This document shows positions 32,365 to 39,874 of a stretch of 64,000 bases of DNA, piece by piece. Position 1 is the stretch's first letter. Each line of letters starts with the position of its first letter. Location: the IMG/VR virus record IMGVR_UViG_3300030041_000010. One strand, written 5' to 3'. Source of the stretch: a virus. Below the pieces are notes generated by a model. It was not told the origin of the DNA, ran no database searches, and saw only the letters and a list, made by a program, of their open reading frames with translations. The translations under genes and the position numbers were made by a program.

Positions 32365-32999
32365 AGAGCAAGGAACTTATAAGGTTGTTACAAGAAGAAG
32401 ACCCCAGTGGGGAGGTTGAAGTCAGCGTGGGCAACCGTGACATTTTCAGCCTCCACACGGAGCCAAGTTATTGGGATGGTCGAGCCCAATTACTTATCAG
32501 AGACTACAGTAAAGACCCGTATTACAACGTAGTGGGAGCCAAGTATACGTCAAGGGGCAGCAAGGTAGTCATCACCGCCATGGGTGTAACTGATGCCATC
32601 TTGAACAATCCCGATTTGCCGGTGGACTACTCTGAGGTTGGTAACGAGGACACGGCAAAGCGATACCGTGAAACCGACGACAAAACCCGCGAGGAAATAC
32701 GCAACATTGAACTCAAGGTGGAGATGGAAGCATTTCACAACTGGGTCAAGAAAAAAATGGATGAGATTCGTCCCGGAGAAGACTGTCGTTTTGAAGCAGA
32801 CCAGTTTTATCGGCACGCCCCACTAAGCCCGAAAGACCCGGTGAAGGACTTGCCGCCGAAGAAGGGAAGCGACGGATACATGTGGCGTCCAAGCTGGAAT
32901 GAATGCCGCGAGGCCATGTGGGAGGACACGATTGAAGTGTACTGGGGGCTTGGCGTTGGCATCCGGAAGAAAGTCGAGGGGCAGACGACCGAAGTCTGA
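32361..32999 (+). CDS. Hypothetical protein
   Basis: ATGA overlap with the upstream gene; 212 aa. Confidence 0.6.
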   Translation: MKSKELIRLLQEEDPSGEVEVSVGNRDIFSLHTEPSYWDGRAQLLIRDYSKDPYYNVVGAKYTSRGSKVVITAMGVTDAILNNPDLPVDYSEVGNEDTAKRYRETDDKTREEIRNIELKVEMEAFHNWVKKKMDEIRPGEDCRFEADQFYRHAPLSPKDPVKDLPPKKGSDGYMWRPSWNECREAMWEDTIEVYWGLGVGIRKKVEGQTTEV

Positions 33000-33111
33000 C
33001 GCAGGGGGCTGCGTCAAATCTGCCCCCGTCCCTGCTGTGATACGGTGAAAGGATAGAAGCCCGTATCCAGCATCATTCAAACTGTAGCACAACGAAGAAG
33101 GAGTTACAAAC

Positions 33112-33285
33112 ATGACGTAGGATATGGAAAACAGCAAAATCCTCGCCGAGGCGGTTCTCAAAGCATTCGTACAACACGACAAAGGGAAACACACCTGTTG
33201 CCGCTTTTGTAAGGTGTGGTTGCACTGGGAAGACCATGACAGTGAATGCCCTGTGCTACTCGCTCAAAGCGTCAGCAGGAGCTAA
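33112..33285 (+). CDS. Small Cys/His Zn-binding protein with an in-frame TAG at codon 3
   Basis: SD AAGGAG, then ATG ACG TAG GAT ATG GAA...; CCRFC...H...CP. Confidence 0.55.
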
Positions 33286-33906
33286 ATGGTTGTTCAGGTA
33301 GACCTGATACCAGTCTGTGGATATTTCCCGCTGTGCCTCTTGTAGAGTCATGGTGTGGGTGACACATACCTGATGGTGTAGCCAGTTCTCCACAGCGTCC
33401 TTCGCGTGGGCTCCGGGCACGCCATCAGCCGGATTGTACGGCTGGATGAACAGGTTTTTAATGTCGTCGGCACCACCTAGTTCAAGAGAATCGATATGGT
33501 CAACCTCGCAGGATTCAATTCGCTGCTGGCCGGATGCGGTGGTGCGGCTGGTTGGAGCACAGATACCCTCGTGTGGAGCCACCCCATAGGCACGGTACAC
33601 TTCCATCTTCATCGCTTCGGTGGTGTGCCTGAACTCTTTGGTGCTGGTGCTGCATACTTCATCCGCAGTGACGCCGGGGCGGAGCATACCGGGAGAGATG
33701 TTAGGATTGGGTAGGAGTACCTGTCCATGATGGTAGAACCTACCCGGACCGGGGCCGACATCGTTTATTGTCAGCCTTTGACGTTTTTCAGTCGGGGCGG
33801 TTTGAAAGTGCATTTTAAGCAGAGGGTGAAAGAGAAACCAAAGGGTTATCAGAGTTAAGGCTGTGGTGATTAACCATAATTTTAATAGAACCCATAATCT
33901 CTTCAT
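33256..33906 (-). CDS. Membrane-anchored/secreted HNH-like protein
   Basis: N-terminal hydrophobic helix; EVDHIDSLELGGADDIKNL...KDAVEN. Confidence 0.65.
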   Translation of the reverse strand: MKRLWVLLKLWLITTALTLITLWFLFHPLLKMHFQTAPTEKRQRLTINDVGPGPGRFYHHGQVLLPNPNISPGMLRPGVTADEVCSTSTKEFRHTTEAMKMEVYRAYGVAPHEGICAPTSRTTASGQQRIESCEVDHIDSLELGGADDIKNLFIQPYNPADGVPGAHAKDAVENWLHHQVCVTHTMTLQEAQREISTDWYQVYLNNHLAPADALSE

Positions 33907-33933
33907 GGGTAAAGTATACAGTATTAGGTGAGC

Positions 33934-34314
33934 ATGAACAAAACTTTCATCTCGAAGACTACCCGGCTGTTAACTCAGGTAAAGGAAGCCCACAAGCGGT
34001 GGAATAGTCTGGATGTGCGATTAGCCAAGTTGAAGAGGGAGTGTAACCACCGCAACCCGGAGGGGGTACTATGGGTGAAAACCAAGCGGCAAGCAAAGCA
34101 GGGGTCTCTCCCGGCACGTACTTACAAGGTTTGTGCAATTTGTGGCGAAGACGTGTTTAACGATTGCTACGGTCGTCCGGTGTCGGTCTGGAACCACCTT
34201 GACATCCCGGACTGGCGTAAACAAGAGATAACCAAACTTGTGCTGGAATACAAAAGGTTGACGCCAAAAACCCGCTGCATTCCAATCCCACCAAAAATTA
34301 GTAGCCAAAACTGA
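33934..34314 (+). CDS. Hypothetical protein (probably leaderless)
   Basis: TATTAG 6 nt upstream of ATG; CxH...CAICG. Confidence 0.5.
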   Translation: MNKTFISKTTRLLTQVKEAHKRWNSLDVRLAKLKRECNHRNPEGVLWVKTKRQAKQGSLPARTYKVCAICGEDVFNDCYGRPVSVWNHLDIPDWRKQEITKLVLEYKRLTPKTRCIPIPPKISSQN

Positions 34315-34340
34315 GGCTGAGTATGTACTATGTACTAAGT

Positions 34341-34417
34341 GCCCCCGTAGCTCAACTGGTTAGAGTGACGGTCTCTAAAACCGGAGGTTGTGGGTTCGAG
34401 TCCCTCCGGGGGCACCA
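34341..34417 (+). tRNA. tRNA with CUA anticodon (amber suppressor), copy 1
   Basis: GCCCCCG/CGGGGGC acceptor, anticodon loop CTCTAAA, T-loop TTCGAGT, ACCA end. Confidence 0.85.
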
Positions 34418-34471
34418 AAGGTGTGAGGGTGGTGATGGTCACGATGAACGAAGACAAAGGGCACTGTAACC

Positions 34472-34780
34472 ATGAGTGAAGTGAAGCGGGAATTTCAAAT
34501 CGTGATGTATGGCAACCGTGATTGGCAACGGGTGCTTGTCCTCCTCACGGAGGGGGAACTCATCGACTTTCAGCGTCTTCTGTCCAAGCTGGTAGATGAT
34601 GGCACTATCACCGGCTACAATACCTTTCGTCCCGATGTACCTGCTCAAGGGTATAAAAAGGCTGTGGAGACACTCATCAAGGTTCTTGGTGAGCATAATA
34701 GCCCTGATTGGTTGAATGCGGATTTCACTATCCCGCTCGATGTAGAGGAAGGACTGCAATGGAAACCGCTAAATCTATAG
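34472..34780 (+). CDS. Hypothetical protein
   Basis: 102-aa ORF. Confidence 0.5.
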   Translation: MSEVKREFQIVMYGNRDWQRVLVLLTEGELIDFQRLLSKLVDDGTITGYNTFRPDVPAQGYKKAVETLIKVLGEHNSPDWLNADFTIPLDVEEGLQWKPLNL

Positions 34781-35004
34781 GATGGGGAGGTGTGCATCAC
34801 CCCCTCCCGGTGTTTGGAACTCCGGCTGAAATTGTACAGAGAGTCACCGAACATCTAGCTAGGGCAGGTTCATGCCGTGCATGGTTTGGAAACGACCACG
34901 ATACGATTGTAGGTGCCAGAATTAACGCTGGTGGCCGACTGGAAATTGAATTGGTGTATGGGTATTGGGTGGAAGCACCTAATCCTCGAATTGAGTTGCT
35001 CTGA
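34759..35004 (+). CDS. Hypothetical protein
   Basis: SD GGAAGG. Confidence 0.45.
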   Translation: METAKSIGWGGVHHPLPVFGTPAEIVQRVTEHLARAGSCRAWFGNDHDTIVGARINAGGRLEIELVYGYWVEAPNPRIELL

Positions 35005-35054
35005 CATGCCAACGATTCAGATAAACGCCGACGAAGTAAAACGCATTAAGTAAT

Positions 35055-35132
35055 GCGCCCGTAGCTCAGTTGGCTAGAGCGGGGGTCTCTAAAGCCCTGT
35101 CAGCGTGGGTTCAAGTCCCACCGGGCGCACCA
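35055..35132 (+). tRNA. tRNA with CUA anticodon (amber suppressor), copy 2
   Basis: GCGCCCG/CGGGCGC acceptor, GGGGT-CTCTAAA-GCCCT anticodon arm, TTCAAGT, ACCA. Confidence 0.85.
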
Positions 35133-35185
35133 TTAAGCGTCGTATTGTGATACACTGTTCATGGCTTCTCTAAGAAGGTAAGGTT

Positions 35186-35368
35186 ATGAATGAGAAAGTA
35201 ATTCAAATGCTTTCCGATAGAGAACGGGCGGCAAACGAACTGGAGACGCTTTACTGTCCTGTTTGTTTTAAGCCCATGTCACTACATCCGCCACAACAGG
35301 CTTTCCGCTGCTTGCATAGCTTGGCGGCGAAAGAGAAACGTAAATTTGAGGAGTCTTTAATCAAATGA
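35186..35368 (+). CDS. Small Zn-finger-like protein
   Basis: CPVC...H...C motif; SD AAGG. Confidence 0.5.
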   Translation: MNEKVIQMLSDRERAANELETLYCPVCFKPMSLHPPQQAFRCLHSLAAKEKRKFEESLIK

Positions 35369-35469
35369 ATCGCAGAGGGTTTCTTGCACTGACCGGCATG
35401 GCCGCACTAAGTACGGCTGTAGTCCTTCAGCCTGTTTCAGTCGCACCCAGCTTGCTATCAGTGCTGTAA
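35365..35469 (+). CDS. Tat-signal-like peptide, possibly a frameshifted gene continuing to 35590
   Basis: MNRRGFLALTGMAA; SD GAGGAG. Confidence 0.45.
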   Translation: MNRRGFLALTGMAALSTAVVLQPVSVAPSLLSVL

Positions 35470-35884
35470 CCCAAAGACTGGCAAAACACCTATGCATTTG
35501 AAGAACCGGGCTGAGTGGGAAGAGCACTACCTTGCTCATCATCTCGCCGAGGACGAACCGGAACTTTATATGCTGTGGAAAAATAATTGAAAGTTTGTGT
35601 TTGAAAATCAACTTTCAATGGTATTATGTAGACAGTGGTGGTTAAACACCGCTGAGACCGGGGAGGTAGAGTAAAATCTACGTTCCCGACCATGCCGGGT
35701 TAGTGGGCAACTATTATCCCGGCTCCATCGGGGGGTTTGGTGAAATATCTGGGCTCCCCGACCAAAAAGGCTAATCCCTAAGACTCGAAGTACCAGAAGT
35801 GGGAAACAGGGTTTATAAAGAGCAGGTTTACCTCCGGCCTAAGCATTAAGTTTCTTGAACATGTAACAAAGAAGGAAATCGTAC

Positions 35885-35971
35885 ATGCGTCTGACGAGCC
35901 AAACACGAATTACTACCACAACGCAAACCAGCGGTGGCGGTATCGTAGTGTCTGGCACGGAATTCGACTAA
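35885..35971 (+). CDS. Thr-rich attenuator leader peptide MRLTSQTRITTTTQTSGGGIVVSGTEFD
   Basis: SD AAGGA; 8 of 28 codons are Thr, including consecutive ACT ACC ACA ACG. Confidence 0.75.
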   Translation: MRLTSQTRITTTTQTSGGGIVVSGTEFD

Positions 35972-36001
35972 AACAAGAGTCAAATCCAACTAGACGCAAA
36001 C

Positions 36002-36036
36002 GAGCCGCCCAACACCGGGGCGGCTTTAGTGTTTTT
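36002..36036 (+). terminator. Attenuator terminator hairpin
   Basis: GAGCCGCCC/GGGCGGCTT stem followed by a T-rich tract; its 5' arm overlaps the antiterminator. Confidence 0.7.
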
Positions 36037-36047
36037 GGGGGTAAATC

Positions 36048-36437
36048 ATGGCGAGTTTTGAAGAACATTGTCAGGACTGTTATAGGCTTTTATCTGACCG
36101 TTGCGAAAACGTGAACCGTTGGATGGACGATTGTTTCAAGCAGTTCGGTCCCTTGCACCGATTTGCCCGACATCACTGGCGTGGGGTTGATGAAGCGGAG
36201 CAGTTGTTTGGGGCTCTCGGTCGTAAGGCGGCGATAGTTCATATCCTGAAGGACTGTGGACAGGTGCCAAAGGCGAGGGAATGGGCAGACGGCCAGAGTG
36301 TTGACAGCCTCGGCATGAAGCCCGGTGGGAAGTTTAACGGTCACTGGGAGCCGGAGCAGTTCGATAAGGTCGCCTGTGGTCACGTGGGTTTGGATAACCT
36401 GATGCTCAAGGCTCGTTATCAGGCGAGGGCATCGTGA
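36048..36437 (+). CDS. His-rich conserved phage protein (DUF6915-like)
   Basis: H...WMD...HRFARHH..G...AEQLFG...HILKDCG. Confidence 0.55.
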   Translation: MASFEEHCQDCYRLLSDRCENVNRWMDDCFKQFGPLHRFARHHWRGVDEAEQLFGALGRKAAIVHILKDCGQVPKAREWADGQSVDSLGMKPGGKFNGHWEPEQFDKVACGHVGLDNLMLKARYQARAS

Positions 36438-36694
36438 GTATCGAAGACATTATCAGTCAACTCCGGGCTGAAAGAAAAGATGTACGCGGAGATGGATTTG
36501 GATACGCGGGGTCGTTAATCTCCGCGTACAAGAAAGCAATCACGGCTCTCGAAGAGTTGCAGGAGAAGTTGAAAGAGACTCCTCCACCAGCAGAGGTTGA
36601 GAGTTTGAAAGCGGCTAACCCTGATTGCTTTGGATTCGGCAGTGACAACACCGCCGAGTGTAAATGCCGCAAAGTTTTTGCGCCTTTCGCCTAG
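36434..36694 (+). CDS. Hypothetical protein
   Basis: GTGA overlap with the upstream gene. Confidence 0.45.
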   Translation: MSIEDIISQLRAERKDVRGDGFGYAGSLISAYKKAITALEELQEKLKETPPPAEVESLKAANPDCFGFGSDNTAECKCRKVFAPFA

Positions 36695-36754
36695 CGGCTA
36701 GGGCCTCCGACCGATTATCGGATGACCAGAGTTCGAGTCTCTGAGGGCGCACCA
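36680..36754 (+). tRNA. Atypical tRNA, nominal anticodon GAT (Ile?), loop CCGATTA
   Basis: GCGCCTT/AGGGCGC acceptor, TCCGA/TCGGA anticodon stem, TTCGAGT, ACCA; C33 and U37 are non-canonical. Confidence 0.65.
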
Positions 36755-36759
36755 AGTTT

Positions 36760-36914
36760 GGGCTTGCTGTGGTCAGGCACGTAGGGAGAAAACCGGCACT
36801 CAGAGTCGGCAAGGTACGCGACCTTGCTTTATGTCTGAGATGGGAAACCGAAAGGTATTGCCCTTCAGGAAGACCTCATGCGTAGAGGCGGTTCAACTCC
36901 GCCCAAGTCCATCA
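36760..36914 (+). ncRNA. 155-nt tRNA-Ala/tmRNA-like RNA with a large structured insert
   Basis: GGGCTTG/CAAGTCC acceptor with G3.U70 and A73; T-arm GGCGG-TTCAACT-CCGCC; no anticodon arm. Confidence 0.65.
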
Positions 36915-36923
36915 AGTGGGTAA

Positions 36924-36998
36924 GCCCGTATGGCTCAGTGGTAGCGCAGTCGCTTGATAAGCGAAAGGTCGTTGGTTCGATCCCAACTACGGGCACCA
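36924..36998 (+). tRNA. tRNA-Ile(GAT)
   Basis: Cloverleaf, loop TTGATAA, ACCA. Confidence 0.85.
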
Positions 36999-37124
36999 AG
37001 TAAAATATGCGGCATGTCGTGAGTTTGTAGCTGGTAAGAATGCCGACATGTCGTGGGCTCAGAAGAAAGAGCCGAAGAAAAAGAAACACGCTTTGCCAAG
37101 TGGCGAGGCAACACAGGGTTGATT

Positions 37125-37224
37125 TTCCGTATGACTGAGGGTGGCGTAAACCACACTGTTGTCAGAACTCAAAATGGTTTTTACGGATCATGCGAGTTCG
37201 TAGGTTCGACTCCGACTACGGAAC
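37125..37224 (+). ncRNA. tRNA-like RNA with enlarged arms
   Basis: TTCCGTA/TACGGAA acceptor, T-loop TTCGACT, inner stems TGAC/GTCA and GAACTC/GAGTTC. Confidence 0.45.
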
Positions 37225-37235
37225 GAATTTGAAAT

Positions 37236-37318
37236 GCCACGGTGGCACAGCGGCGACTGCAACGGTTCCGTAAACCGTCACACCAACATCGGGGGTTCGA
37301 GTCCCTCCCGTGGCCCCA
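37236..37318 (+). tRNA. tRNA-Thr(CGT)
   Basis: GCCACGG/CCGTGGC acceptor, loop TCCGTAA (C33), long variable loop, CCA. Confidence 0.75.
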
Positions 37319-37322
37319 AGTT

Positions 37323-37625
37323 ATGAAGATGTACATCCTAATTCGCGAGGTGGTACCTGTGGGCAAGGCGGTACTAATCTCTGCACATGCCTCGCTGGCG
37401 TGCTACCTGAAGTTTAAGGAACGGCCTGAGATGCAGACATGGGTGAGTAGTCAATTCTTTAAGGTTGTATGTACTGTAACTGACGCAGAATTTGAACGGG
37501 CAAAGACCGAGGCTGACAACGTGGTATTGACGGAATCCACGTTGGAAAATGTAGAGGTTGCTGTAGCTTTCTGTCCTCGGGAAGAATATCCGAAGATGTT
37601 TAAGTTTTTGCGGTTGTGGAAATAG
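37323..37625 (+). CDS. Pth2-like peptidyl-tRNA hydrolase
   Basis: MKMYILIR...AHASLA...W...F.KVVC.V...L.LW. Confidence 0.7.
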   Translation: MKMYILIREVVPVGKAVLISAHASLACYLKFKERPEMQTWVSSQFFKVVCTVTDAEFERAKTEADNVVLTESTLENVEVAVAFCPREEYPKMFKFLRLWK

Positions 37626-37696
37626 GGGTGATGGCGACGGTAGTCTAGCTGCCTTTGAAGCAGTGAATGAGGGTTCGACTCCCTCCGCCCCTGCCA
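37624..37696 (+). tRNA. tRNA-Gln(TTG)
   Basis: GCTGC-CTTTGAA-GCAGT anticodon arm, TTCGACT, GCCA. Confidence 0.8.
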
Positions 37697-37709
37697 AGTT
37701 TAGGTTTAT

Positions 37710-37786
37710 GCCAACGTAGCTCAGATGGTCAGAGCGGCAGTTTTGTAAACTGCGGGTCGGGGGTTCGATGCCCTCCGTTGGCTCCA
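37710..37786 (+). tRNA. tRNA-Thr(TGT)
   Basis: GCCAACG/CGTTGGC acceptor, loop TTTGTAA, TCCA. Confidence 0.88.
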
Positions 37787-37799
37787 GTTTAGTTGTTTT

Positions 37800-37875
37800 G
37801 CAGATGTAGCATAGCGGTCAATGCGCCTCCCTTGTAACGAGGACGCCGTCAGTTCGAATCTGACCATCTGCTCCA
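37800..37875 (+). tRNA. tRNA-Thr(TGT), second divergent copy
   Basis: GCAGATG/CATCTGC acceptor, loop CTTGTAA, TCCA. Confidence 0.85.
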
Positions 37876-38012
37876 GTTTGAGGTACGATATGAGAGTTAT
37901 CAGCATCGCGTTGTACCGATTTGCTCAGGCGCTGTCTTACGTTCTACCTGAGTCGATATGGGAACCAGTGACCTATCCAATCGACCGATTGCGTTGGTGG
38001 TTCGAAAAACAT

Positions 38013-38088
38013 GCACCTGTCGTCTAGTGGCTCAGGACTCCTCCTTGGTATGGAGGGTACAGGGGTTCAAATCCCCTCGGGTGCTCCA
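38013..38088 (+). tRNA. tRNA-Thr(GGT)
   Basis: GCACCTG/CGGGTGC acceptor, CCTCC-TTGGTAT-GGAGG, TCCA. Confidence 0.85.
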
Positions 38089-38109
38089 ATTTTATGGTAT
38101 TGTTCTTCT

Positions 38110-38328
38110 ATGAGTACATTGACGTGGGAAGAACGAAACCAGCGGATTAAAAAGGAACAGCTTACTGAAGAAGAGTTGGGGACTTTAGTAGGCTGTGCTG
38201 TAACCGGAGTGCGGAGATTCTGGGGTCATGGAGCAGAGTATGAAATCCGCTTCGATGATGGTCGAACGCTCTACATTACCAAGAGCGACTACACCAACGA
38301 TGTAGTTTGCATGTTCAAAGAGTTTTAA
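38110..38328 (+). CDS. Hypothetical protein (probably leaderless)
   Basis: TGGTATTGT 6 nt before ATG. Confidence 0.5.
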   Translation: MSTLTWEERNQRIKKEQLTEEELGTLVGCAVTGVRRFWGHGAEYEIRFDDGRTLYITKSDYTNDVVCMFKEF

Positions 38329-38618
38329 GCTACGAGTCGTGGCTCCAGTTTCCGTATTAGTGAGTATTAGTGAGTACGAGGTACTGACTAAATGGGTAAG
38401 AAAGTTGAAAAGGGGTTGTGTTGGGAGTTGGATGATTCGGAGTGTGATATCAACGCCCCCTCACCGCATTTCACGGATGACAGTAGCGAACGTGAGAACG
38501 ACTATCTGTACGGGACGTTTCCCGTGCTGATTCCTAAGAGGCCACCTTCAAGGTTGCAACCTCCGAAGGAACCAAAAGAGTAAATCGCGCAATATAAGTG
38601 GCGCGATTCAGGTTTTAA

Positions 38619-38798
38619 TTGCGTGATTCGGAATCGCGCCATAACGCCGCTTGTGGCAAGCAAGCCACTTGGGTTCGTCACACGCAGTTTGCCGGTACTC
38701 ATCCTTTCTGCACTGAGTGTGCAAAGAAGGAAGATGATTTTGGTGAAGAGTCCAGCTATGTGGTTTGGGAGGAGCTTTTACATGAAGTTGCTCAGTAG
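38619..38798 (+). CDS. Small Zn-finger-like protein (below the ORF-track cutoff)
   Basis: CGKQATW...PFCTECAKKE; start codon uncertain. Confidence 0.45.
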   Translation: MRDSESRHNAACGKQATWVRHTQFAGTHPFCTECAKKEDDFGEESSYVVWEELLHEVAQ

Positions 38799-38972
38799 TT
38801 GGTTCTTCTTCGTGCCTCCATTCACGATCCTGCCTCGGTGGAAGTTGGCAGTTATGCGTCAGTGGCTGTGGAGGTATCAGAGGTATACACAGCCGGGAGT
38901 TCGTGGATGTCCTATGAATGGGGATGCTTTCGGTTGTATCGGATTTTGGATGAGGAAGCTTGTCAATTTTAG

Positions 38973-39048
38973 GCCGGAGTAGCTCAGTTGTTAGAGCGCC
39001 GTCTTGGTAAGACGGAGGTCACGGGTTAGAACCCCGTCTCTGGCTCCA
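38973..39048 (+). tRNA. tRNA-Thr(GGT), second divergent copy
   Basis: GCCGGAG/CTCTGGC acceptor, CCGTC-TTGGTAA-GACGG; atypical D and T loops. Confidence 0.8.
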
Positions 39049-39275
39049 AATCTTGAAAGGGGATTCCATTGAAGCCTCCTCTTGGTTCAATTCTGAACTA
39101 AAGCCATCAATATCACGGCTTACTGTATCCAAATCAGACCCGCTAATTAAAGCAGTATACCAACGGATATGTCTGTACATTAGTTCGGGGTTTAAGAGTG
39201 TCCGATGGACGCGCAGTTGTTGAAAAATAACTGGGCTTTGGTGAAAGCACGATTTGTAGCTGAAGGGTTTTGTTA

Positions 39276-39872
39276 ATGGAACAGTATCCGAGTATCGAAG
39301 GCAGTTCAAAGGCCCCCCTTGGTGAGGCGGGTCTTGCCTTCTACAAGTATGACGGCTCGAACCTCAGGTGGGAGTGGAACCCCAAGAAGGGGTGGTTCAA
39401 GTTTGGCACCCGCACCCAACTGTTCGATAAGTCGGAGCCGTTATTTGGTCAGGCCATTCCCCTTTTTATGCAGATGGGCGATGAGATTGTCCATCGTGTG
39501 AAAAGTGTTGAACGACAACCGCAACGCATTACAGCTTACACGGAATTCTTCGGCGAGAGCAGTTTCGCCGGGAGCCATATTCTGGAAGAGCCGAAGCAAC
39601 TCAAGTTGTTCGATGTGTACTTGTTCAAGAAGGGGTTAATGAAGCCCCGACAGTTTGTGAAGACCTTTGGTGGTTTGCCTTATGTAGCGGAAGTGGTTTA
39701 CGATGGCAACATCAACCAATCATTTGTTCAGGGGGTCCGGGCTGGAGAGTATCCAGTTTGGGAGGGGGTCGTCTGCAAGGGCGACAACTTCATGTTCAAG
39801 GTGAAGACCGATGCCTACTTGAGGAAGCTGCGGCAGGTATACCCGCAGCGATGGAATCAGTTTTGGGAGTGA
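39276..39872 (+). CDS. RNA ligase-family nucleotidyltransferase
   Basis: Motifs KYDGSN, EFFG, LFDV, EGVV, FKVK. Confidence 0.75.
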   Translation: MEQYPSIEGSSKAPLGEAGLAFYKYDGSNLRWEWNPKKGWFKFGTRTQLFDKSEPLFGQAIPLFMQMGDEIVHRVKSVERQPQRITAYTEFFGESSFAGSHILEEPKQLKLFDVYLFKKGLMKPRQFVKTFGGLPYVAEVVYDGNINQSFVQGVRAGEYPVWEGVVCKGDNFMFKVKTDAYLRKLRQVYPQRWNQFWE

Positions 39873-39874
39873 GC

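Noticed and set aside
34341-35132. Pyrrolysine tRNAs
   Set aside because: They have standard D-loop GG, TTC T-loop and normal arm lengths, unlike tRNA-Pyl; no pyl genes in the window.
35633-35840. RNase P RNA or T-box riboswitch
   Set aside because: The conserved GAGGAAAGUCC and T-box UGGNACC-type motifs were not found.
38583-38640. Inverted repeats AATCGCGC/GCGCGATT as an ncRNA
   Set aside because: Short, partly overlapping a plausible small Zn-finger CDS; no further support.
39050-39270. Possible ncRNA or minus-strand gene before the RNA ligase
   Set aside because: Only weak hairpins and no recognisable protein motif.
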